Below are positions 53,749 to 64,000 of a stretch of DNA of 64,000 nt, piece after piece. Origin of the DNA: Eledone cirrhosa (Eukaryota); NCBI GenBank assembly GCA_964016885.1, contig OZ024742.1, positions 215,884,001-215,948,000 of the forward strand, in the 5' to 3' direction. Positions within the stretch are counted from its first letter, which is position 1, and every line of letters starts with the position of its first letter. A program made the position numbers and the translations under genes. Below the pieces are notes generated by a model. That model was given only the letters and a program-made list of their open reading frames with translations. It made no database searches and was not told the DNA's origin.

Positions 53749-54729
53749 GGAACGATGTACTAGTTTCAAGCTTATTAGCTGTCGTCAGCATCGTATACCT
53801 TCCTGCCAGATGGTTGAACGTCTGAAAGTATATACTTTCCTTATGCTTATTAACGGCTGAGCAGCCTAATTTGCATATCGAGTGAGTTTAGTCGGCCGGG
53901 AGCACGGAAAACGATAAATGGTATACAATGAAACGAAAATCATGAATTTGTAAATTTCATGGAACAACACAAGTTCCCCCCAGAGTTTCTTCTGGTTCAA
54001 ATGAGTTCCATAATCTCCAGTGCCATTGCAATGATGCTTTAAAGTTACTATTACAAGCGTACACACATTTGAATTAGGTGTGTAACTAATAAAGTTTCCT
54101 TTACAGATCATATGCAAATTAAATCTCTATGGATTTGAACCACGAAATGTAATATAACGTTTCATTTCATCTAACTCTTTTGTTCGAACTCACAGTAACA
54201 TTGTACTTTCTTTCCAAAATACGCACAAATTCACACAGAATTTGGAGAAGATATAGTTGAACTCGACCATGTAAGTAAAGAAAGAAAAATCTAACCAGAA
54301 TATAAGACATTATAAGACAAAGATAGGTAAAAATATATGCTGGGGTAGACAATTTAATTAAAAAGCAAAAACATCATTTGCAATTTATTTCATCAGAATC
54401 CGACGATGAAATGCCATTTTGATTTGAACATAGAATGTAGTGATTGTACGGTATTTTTTGGTAACCCACCAAAAGATAGTAATTCCTGGAATAAACCCAA
54501 TTACTCAAATTAGAGTTGGAATAGTAACAGTCAATTATATATACAATATTTTCTGATTGGTAAATATATTTTATAAGACCCATGGAATGAAGGGCCAATT
54601 TGTCCACGGCGAGCTTTGAACTTAGAATTTAAAATGCCTGACAAAATATTAAAACCCTTTCTCACCAACGGTTTAACATTTCTTCAAATCCAACATAATT
54701 TAATAATTATAATGCTGGTAATATAATTT

Positions 54730-54935
54730 GTTTCTAATTTTGACGCCGGGCCAGCAATTTCGGAGTGAATGGAGATGAAATTCCATCGACTACAATAATT
54801 ATTTGATACTTCGCTTTATCAATATCAGAAGATTGATCGGTAATATTGATCTCAGCGGGATTTGGACTCAAAACATAAAGAGCCGGAGGTAACACGGCAA
54901 AGCTTTTCATATATCAGCCGAAAGATTCTGCCAAT
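54730..54935 (-). mobile_element. Diverged tRNA-derived SINE
   Basis: gccagcaattt..cgggatttggactca..attctgccaatcc. Confidence 0.65.
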
Positions 54936-55316
54936 CCCTCATACCTAATAATGAAAATAATATTACTAACTGGGAGAAATTTCTAATCAGAACCAAGAGT
55001 TAATGTTCGTATAGGAAATACGTTAGGATATATAATATGCATAACCCACCAAAGTTATAAGTTTGAACAGAAAGATAAGCTTCATCAATACTGAAGTAAA
55101 GACACGTCATTGCTCAAATGAACATTGCTATACCACACACTATATATAAATATATGTGCGTATCCATGCGTTTTCATGTAAACTTGGCGCACGTACAAAC
55201 GAAACTCATATCCGTCACGTCACAAGTGGTAATTCACAACTATAAAATACATACTTACATACACACATTTATTCAAATATACATGTATAACAAAGATATA
55301 TAGAGATCTTTGTTTT

Positions 55317-55372
55317 TATAACAGGTTGAATGAGTTGGAGTGCATAGCCCAACGAAACTTAAGTACTTCTAT
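55317..55372 (+). ncRNA. Degenerate hammerhead motif
   Basis: agg-TTGAATGA-GTTGGagtgcatagcCCAAC-GAAAC-ttaa-GTA-ctt. Confidence 0.5.
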
Positions 55373-55397
55373 ATGTCACTGTTGTAACTAATTATAT

Positions 55398-55475
<78 letters not shown>

Positions 55476-55542
55476 GAAGAGAGAAGGAACATTTAGATAT
55501 AATAAGTAATAAAATGTATCATACCTAAACTGCTCCTAGATT

Positions 55543-55612
55543 CCTCGACTACGTAGTTTCATGGCATAAACAAAAACAGTACATCATAAAGATATAGAGC
55601 CCTTGCGAGGTC
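55543..55612 (-). ncRNA. Degenerate hammerhead motif
   Basis: cctc-(core decayed)..GAAAC-tacgta-GTC-gagg. Confidence 0.35.
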
Positions 55613-55735
55613 TGCCGACTTATCAAGAGGATACCTCATTTTACTAGCTTCAAGAACGCGTCTACACGACGTGAGAGAGAATCCCAAAAGGCGGAGGGGG
55701 AGATAGTCACGCGATATAACGGTCGAGAAACAGAG

Positions 55736-55843
<108 letters not shown>

Positions 55844-55896
55844 GCAAAATATATATCAAAATAAATTATCTCAATCATACACTGTAAATAACTGTA

Positions 55897-55951
<55 letters not shown>

Positions 55952-55956
55952 CTATA

Positions 55957-56014
<58 letters not shown>

Positions 56015-56799
56015 GGAGGTGAGTTTTATTGTAGTACAATAAAGCATTGCAGATATCGGATAAGAAGCACTCTACAGTTTGTGGGACTGGAGTATGCATA
56101 ATATAAGATCAAAAGATGGTTAAAGGAGTTCCATATATTTTATTATGCGCATTTCAAAAACAAACATCATCAAGCAATAATATTTGTGTTTTCATCAGAT
56201 AAAACAGGAGAACATGATATGAAGGCTAAAAAACACTTGTTGATAGTGCAGTTTTAAATCAACATATATATATATATATATATATACACACAGGCTTAAA
56301 AATGGAATGAGAATAAAAAGAAAGCAAGAACATTTCCTATCAGTTGTCTACTGGGGGTCTCGGATATTTCAACGCTTTAAAACGATATATCTACCACCAT
56401 ATATATCGCGCGTGAGTGTGTGCGTCTGTGTATGTTTATGTGTATGTTTGTGCTTAAATATTGTAGTTAGTCGTTGGATTTTGTTCTGTCTCTCCATTAA
56501 TCTGTCTCATTTAAATCCATGTATGTGTAACGATGCATGTGTGTTTGTGTGGCAATGGGTATGTGACTCATGGGCAAACCTGTAAAGTCAGTTCTGTATT
56601 CTTGTTTAATTTAATCCAAAAGTAATGACTTCTTCCTGATTGCATGAGTAACAGCATGTTAGACGCCTATGCTTTGGAACATGCAAACCAAAAATACTGT
56701 ATAGGATTAAACGCATGCATATATCTAGATAAATACAGATAAGTAATAAGAATTAAATGAACATATATCTTAATAGATATGTTTACATGCGCCTCTCTC

Positions 56800-56849
<50 letters not shown>

Positions 56850-56858
56850 TCTCTCTCG

Positions 56859-56896
<38 letters not shown>

Positions 56897-57567
56897 TATA
56901 TATATAGGGGTGCTATGTGTATGTGTGTGCAGTGAGAGATAAATATGCCGATAGACAGATAGAAACAGAGAGAGACTATATAAATTAAGCAACATATCTT
57001 ATAATTTAGATTGGAACTGTACGCAATGAAGCATTATATATTATCAATGAGATGCTGATTTCTGGACTTCATCACGCGGAATTCCTTATTTCGCATTTAC
57101 TCATTTCAACGTTTCTTTTCTTTTTTTTTTTCGTTTTTAATTTACATGGAATTGAACGTAATAGAATGTGCCCCAGTTGGTTTTGATGATAAGTGTTCCT
57201 GTTGTTCTACGAAGCAAACAACCTGTTCAAGATATTAACGTGCATATAGCTGAACGTGTGAACGCGTACCATTACCGTAATTCTCTAAAATATACAGTGT
57301 AACACAATGTGTGACAAGGCTAGCTATTTTATTTACAAGTGCAGCCCATCTAACTGGCTTCTAAGCATTTTCCCTCTTGGGTCGACCCGAAGCTATGTTA
57401 GTAACTTTATGATACTTTGGACAGCATTCTCTTCTTTTCTATAGTTAGCACTTCATGCAACGCCGCCCTGTTTCATTTGTAGAATTTTAACGGTTGTAGT
57501 ATCTGGTATATTTGTTGCAGTGAATTTTGTTTTCAATTTGTGTGAATAACTGATGATCATTAACATG

Positions 57568-57747
57568 ATTGGCAGTATCGGTAGAGGGCCGGACGCCATG
57601 CTTTCCAGCATAGTTACGTCCCTTTACGATCTGAGTTCAAATCCCGCCGAGGTTGACTTTGCCTTTCATCATTACGGGGTCGATAAAATAAAGTACCAGT
57701 AATGCACTGGGTAATTGCTGGCCTTGTGCCTAAAGTAGAAACAATTA
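57568..57747 (+). mobile_element. tRNA-derived SINE, near full length
   Basis: Close match to 11253-11440. Confidence 0.9.
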
Positions 57748-58213
57748 ACATTTGAATTATTATATAGATGCCTTTTTACAGTTTTTTGAGAAGATAGACT
57801 AAATGAATGAAAGTAAGAATGTTTTCACTAAGATTTTGTATTTTCGTGAACTGTACCCATCTCCATTTATATAAAGTCAGGTATGTGTCATTTTCATGAT
57901 AAATATATCGCTAGGAGTGTTCATTTATTCCTCTAGAAGTTGAGTTGATTATTTTCGTTTGTCTTAAAAATCTTGATGTTTTCCATTCTGTGTTCCGGAA
58001 GAAAAGTACAGAATTGCTTCGTATAATCCTTTTGTATTTAGATATAAAACTCTAAACATCTGAAAGTTTCTGACTTCACCCAGGTAGAGCATGGGTTCCA
58101 CTCTCTGCAGTTATGTTAGAGCTCCTTCAGTTCCGACGACGAATGTTCTAGATGTTCGAGCAAATTGAACAACCTGCTCTTGAAACCTATATATATATAT
58201 ATATATATATATA

Positions 58214-58343
58214 TAACGAAGGAGTTGTGGTAAGGAACCAGATGGACCATAACGCACCAGAGTACTCAGGGTAGTAGAGTGGGTAATAGGAGAAAGTTTA
58301 ACCCCGACGGCATAGCTCAGCCGTTTCGACGGTTATTTCTGGA

Positions 58344-58386
<43 letters not shown>

Positions 58387-58577
58387 CGAAGGAAATGTGG
58401 TAAGGAACCAGGTGGACCATAACGCACCAAAGTACTCAATACTTGAGGTAGTAGAGTGGGTAATAGGAACCAGTAAGACCCCGACAGCTGAGCTGAAGCC
58501 GTTTCGACGGCTAATTCTGGACCAAGAATTAGCCGTCGAAACGGCTTGAGCTCAGCTGTCGGGGTCTTACTGGTTCC

Positions 58578-58582
<5 letters not shown>
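58214..58582 (-). mobile_element. Two family B copies: a partial one (58214-58345) and a full hairpin plus tail (58385-58582)
   Basis: Reverse orientation of 32711-32902; hairpin axis ctaattct-ggacca-agaattag near 58521. Confidence 0.87.
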
Positions 58583-58632
<50 letters not shown>

Positions 58633-58658
58633 TACACATATATATATGTATATATATG

Positions 58659-58713
<55 letters not shown>

Positions 58714-58802
58714 GTATATATATATATGTATATATATATGTATATGTATATATGTATATATTTATATATACATATATATATATACATATATATACATATA
58801 TG

Positions 58803-58880
<78 letters not shown>

Positions 58881-58889
58881 CACGACATC

Positions 58890-58949
<60 letters not shown>

Positions 58950-59465
58950 AACAACATCATTATATATATATATATATATAATGATGTACCTGTGTACATG
59001 TTTTGTAGGTGCTTCTGTGTAGGTGTTGGTATATATATTTCTTTAGCCATATTACTTGCGATTGATAGGATACACATATAGTACAATAAGGTTTATATTT
59101 TGTGAATTCGTAGAAAACAATCATTAAATTGAATTTTTTATTTTTTTTGTTTTTAGTTCCAACACTCACCTATCTACCACAGAAAAATATTTCCTGGATT
59201 AACTCATATATATTTTTTTGTTTATGAAAATATAGGTATACAAAAAATAAATTTTAGCATATATAAATAAATAAGTGTGTGTGTATGCATGAATTATATA
59301 TATATATATTTTAGTAAGTAAGTTAATTTTTTATTTTTTAAATTTTCTTATTTTACGTCTTTCATATAATTGTTCTGCATCCCCCTGCATTGAACTACCT
59401 AGGTACTTTGACATAACTTATATATTTACTAGCATTAGTGTACATCTGTATTGGTAGATGTATTA

Positions 59466-59516
<51 letters not shown>

Positions 59517-59518
<2 letters not shown>

Positions 59519-59764
59519 TCCTCTTCTAGTGTGTCCATGTAGGGGCTCCCAAAGGAGCACTGAGTGCAATGTCAACTCTGGATGTCGGTGAGCATGTCCA
59601 GCTAACCTCAGTCTCCTCTAGAAGAGGAAGACCAAGGTTAACGTATCTTGATGCCCTAAGGACAGACACTGGTCTGCTGGAGACGCAGGACATGGCAGCG
59701 ATAATGAGGGACAGAGACCGCTGGAGAGAACTCGTCCATGGATCTCGGGAATTTTACCCGCCTT

Positions 59765-59766
<2 letters not shown>
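59517..59766 (+). mobile_element. RTE-like LINE 3' end with 5' inversion
   Basis: Minus 59620-59517 reads RRLRLAGHAHRHPELTLHSVLLWEPLHGHTRRGR; plus from 59619 reads [24 protein letters not shown]. Confidence 0.85.
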
Positions 59767-59842
<76 letters not shown>

Positions 59843-60295
59843 GGAATGATATTGAAAGAGAGGTACACATATTTCGTATATAGTTGTTTTGAAAGTACAA
59901 TGCAGTTGTTTTTAATGTCAATGCTACTACTTATAAAGTATTTTCACCTGATAAAATATGTTTAATTTTTTTTCATACATTTCCTAGATAGTTTCATTTC
60001 CTTTCTCTTTATTATTTATATATTTCTCATTGTTTTGTTTCGTGCATATTTCTCGTTTTCCTCTTCTTTACTCTTTATATATTTACAATTTTTTAAAATC
60101 TATTTATATAGGTTTATTATTCCAAATTTCATTCACTTTATTTAAACTTCCACTCTCCACTGCCATTTATTTTGCTTACAAATATCTATTTCCCTTCTCT
60201 CGCTTTTTCTTTCTCACTGCCCCCCCCCCCCTCTCCGGCGTCTGTTTTCCATCAATTTCATGTACTCTACATTATTTTTCTTCATAAAGTATATG

Positions 60296-60334
<39 letters not shown>

Positions 60335-61394
60335 CTCTCTCTCTCTCTCTCTCTATCTATCTGTCTGTATATATATGTACAGCCACACCCACACACACAT
60401 ATATATATATATGTTTGTGTGTATGTTTTATAAATTTCGCTGTATCCTTATTACTTTTAGCATATATATATATATATAAGAATTAAAATACTAGAGTGTG
60501 TTGGAGTTAAACACCCTCTTCATATTATAGATATGACAGTATAAGATATAGCTCAATGTAATTAAACAGAACCGAAGAATTATAAATATATATATATATA
60601 TATGCTAAAAGTAATTCAGTGTAATCATAATTCTACCTATATCTATGTAACTCTAGAACTACTCATTTAACCTATTAGGTAAATACGCTTACCAAATTCA
60701 CACGCTACAATATCGCATTCGCTTAAAGATGTGATTCCAAAAATATTTATTTCAATAACGTCATTCTAAAACACCTACACTTCTACGCTACCAATATTTT
60801 ATACATATTAACACTCTCGTGCACATGCTAGCTCTATGTTACACTGTCACTCCTAAATCAATTATGTAACGAAACTTATCACTCACCGATACTCACTGTC
60901 TCACACAAACTAACCACTTATGTACATTCATGTTACTCAGCCACTCCCAAAAAACACTCATTAAAAAGTCATCCTCCCACTCTAAAACATTCACTTTTTC
61001 TCTCAATACGAACTATTGTACTTACACATTCTAATACACCAACTATCTCTATATCACACCGTCGCTGCTAAATCATTGATTTAACAAAACTTTTCAATCT
61101 GACATACTCATCGCCAGACTGAACATGTGCTAATGCAAAAGCATACGGTAACTATCAATATGTGATACCCTAATCACAGATTTAGCGAAATTGTTCACTA
61201 TAAAATATAATCTCAGTCTATATCTATCTTACAATGACTATACGATGTCTAATTTCAATACAATGTCTAGCATTTAAACCACACATCGAATCATACATAC
61301 TGTTACTTCCACATTCAATATTAACTAGTTTATCTCTGTCCCTTCTGCATCAATATATATTGCATTGTTCCCTTATTGTATTACTTCCTTTTAG

Positions 61395-61528
61395 TTACGG
61401 CTCTTTACGATCTGAGTTCAAATTCCGCCGAGATTAACTTTGCCTTTTATCTTTACGGGGTCGATAAATGAAAGCACCATTAATGCACTGAGGTAATTGC
61501 TGGCCATGAACAAAATGTAGAAACAATT
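61395..61528 (+). mobile_element. 5'-truncated SINE
   Basis: gagttcaaattccgccgagattaactttgcc..gtagaaacaatt. Confidence 0.8.
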
Positions 61529-62126
61529 ATTTCCTTTTGGTTCTTTCTCCAGCGAGTTAAATAGTTAAATGTTAAACAAGTATATCTATATTTTGGTAAT
61601 GCCATTTTATTTGTGGTCTTTCTCAATGTGTTTATATACATATATATATATATATATATTCCTTCGTCATTCTCGATCTCGATACACTGAGCTATTCTTC
61701 TTTACTCACTCTCTCCTCTCCCCCGTTTCCTACTTGTAACTTGTCATTCTCCCACACTAGATACCATTCGTGCACCTGAATTCTTTATCACGTCCTCAAA
61801 ATCAATCTCGTTCTATATAACGGTAAATGTCTCTGCTAGACGATGGCAATCGGTTGGAGTTATAGTTGGGCACTGAAAATTTAGTGACAAACTATACACT
61901 TAACAGAACGAATGAACAGAGTATATCTCGACATATCGATCTGTAGACATAATTTATATTGCTTAACTCACATTGTTTTGTTGTTGCTATTGTTTTCTAT
62001 TCTCTTCCGACACTTCATGTAATCGTCTCATGTAATATTAAAGCCGCTTACCTAGCCATTCCTTATTCGGATGTACTATGAAAATATTCTTACTATATAT
62101 ATATTTATATATATACACATATATAA

Positions 62127-62265
62127 TTGTCTCTACTTTTGGCACAAGGCCAGCAATTACCCAGTGCATTACTGGTACTTTATTGTATCGACCCCGTAAG
62201 GATGAAAGGCAAAGTCAACCTCGGCGGGATTTGAACTCAGATCGTAAAGGGACGTAACTATGCTG
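62127..62265 (-). mobile_element. 5'-truncated SINE
   Basis: Reverse complement of the 11253-type SINE. Confidence 0.88.
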
Positions 62266-62271
62266 AATGAG

Positions 62272-62352
<81 letters not shown>

Positions 62353-62620
62353 GGCATACCTTGGTAGAAATATTCAAAATATAGAGCAACTCAGTACCGT
62401 AAGGTATGTTTTAATATAGTTATTAAGACCTAATGAAGCCATACCAGGACCATTCCTTCAACATATGCCTGTAGAAACGAACCCATATAGGCTGAAAGGT
62501 TTGACTCTCAAGACCAGCGGGACATACGTGTCCAGTATGGTTTCGTCGTAGTACTGGCTTTAATAACTATATGTATATTAAATTATATACATACATATAT
62601 ATACACACACATACACCCCC

Positions 62621-62686
<66 letters not shown>

Positions 62687-63814
62687 ATGGTGTTTGTGTG
62701 GTTGTACATAATAACATCTTGAAGCTGCGCCTAATGTGTATTTATATACATACGCATTTACAGTAGACTAAGAAACGAATACAGTTCATACAAAACAAAT
62801 CCTAGATTTTGCATTTTCTTTTAATGGGCCTTGCAGAAAACAATCATTTGCTTTTGTACTGATCGGTTTCAGGTATGTATAGCTCTCCAAAGTCTCATTT
62901 TCAGGATTACATTTGTGGCGGTACACTGAATGTACCATCACGTGTTCGTATATCACGTGACGCTTACGACTTATGATTATGTATATATATATATATATGT
63001 TTATTTGCGCCAGTCGACTGCGGTCGAGATGTAGGACCACCTTTGCGCTTTTCAGATCGATCCAAGAATTCTTGTGAAATGTCTGGCACGTATTTAATAA
63101 ATTTACATTTTGTCGATTATAATTATAATTTTCATTCAACACAGGGCATTTTATCCGACAGAGTTGTGTCAAAATCATCAACACATATACGAACTCCATC
63201 ACACACATGCACACACATTGACACAAACATAAACACACATACACACAGAAACACATACACGCACACACACACAAACGCACATACATATATGGTTTACTGT
63301 ACTAACTATAGATGTTGAATTTAACGTGTTCGTTGAACATAGAAAGGAGTCTGGAATGGTGTTTCATGAACATGAGAGAGAAGTAGGGCATACTTCATTA
63401 TGTATATGGTTGAAGCATTTCATAAAAATACAACGCTGGGTGCAGAGAACTCATCTTCATGAAGGAGTAAATAAGCCAGTTCCTAAAAGATTGGAGTAGT
63501 TACAGCCAATCCAACATGTTATAACCGTTGCATGTCTGACAAAAATAAAAATTCTGCTACAACGTATTCTAAAAGCGCTCAAGCATACCATGCTAGCGAC
63601 AAAGCTGTATGGCACAACTAGGTAAAGTACATCTCTCTGATGTTGTCGAAATATGTTAGATCTCTAATCAACTGTTAATGAAGCAAGCGGTATGCTGAAT
63701 CATAACCAAAGGACACCTACATAGCTATCGTTTACCATTACATTTAGAAGTATTTGTCAACACACAAAGGTATATATATATGTCAACAAATTGGATAAAA
63801 AGCTTTGCTGTATT

Positions 63815-63912
63815 CGTTCGCGTGCTCTGTGCTTTGAGTTCAAATCCCACCGAGGACAACTTTGGCTTTTATTATTTCTTGGTCGATAAAAAGAATACCA
63901 GCGTAGTACTGG
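63815..63912 (+). mobile_element. Diverged SINE fragment
   Basis: gagttcaaatcccaccgagg..aactttggc..gtcgataaaa. Confidence 0.7.
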
Positions 63913-64000
63913 GATGGTGTTTTCCTCTATGTCTCATACTAACGTTTTCTCTCTCACATTCTATCCTTCTCTGGAAGAAATCAACTTTGTTTAGACTTGG

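Noticed and set aside
62415-62572. Hammerhead at ctgtaga..gaaaggtttgactc within short inverted repeats
   Set aside because: Non-canonical core with weak stems; too degenerate to call.
62838-62950. Trypsin-like DYICGGTL exon
   Set aside because: No downstream protease motifs, and the implied intron is only about 31 nt.

Overview
AT-rich animal genomic DNA saturated with (TA)n, (CA)n, (GA)n and trinucleotide microsatellites. The tRNA-type SINEs suggest an octopus/cephalopod source (inference). No complete host gene is recognisable; most ORF-track entries are repeat artefacts, and only a few weak candidate exons exist on the minus strand. Contents: three minisatellite arrays (39, 27 and 34 bp units), about 20 SINE copies, decayed hAT, Tc1-like and Tigger-like DNA transposons, a cluster of two R4/Dong-like LINEs plus one Tx1-like LINE, and RTE-like 3' ends. 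The standout is a dense set of Penelope-like element (PLE) relics: two GIY-YIG-bearing elements (one also retaining RT) with inverted pseudo-LTRs, and about 9 short fold-back elements mostly built as (TA)n-arm-spacer-inverted arm-one-sided tail-(TA)n. Around 20 type I hammerhead ribozyme (HHR) motifs can be read by eye, several apparently intact. In some fold-backs the palindrome axis lies exactly in hammerhead stem II. All alignments and folds were done by eye and need computational confirmation.
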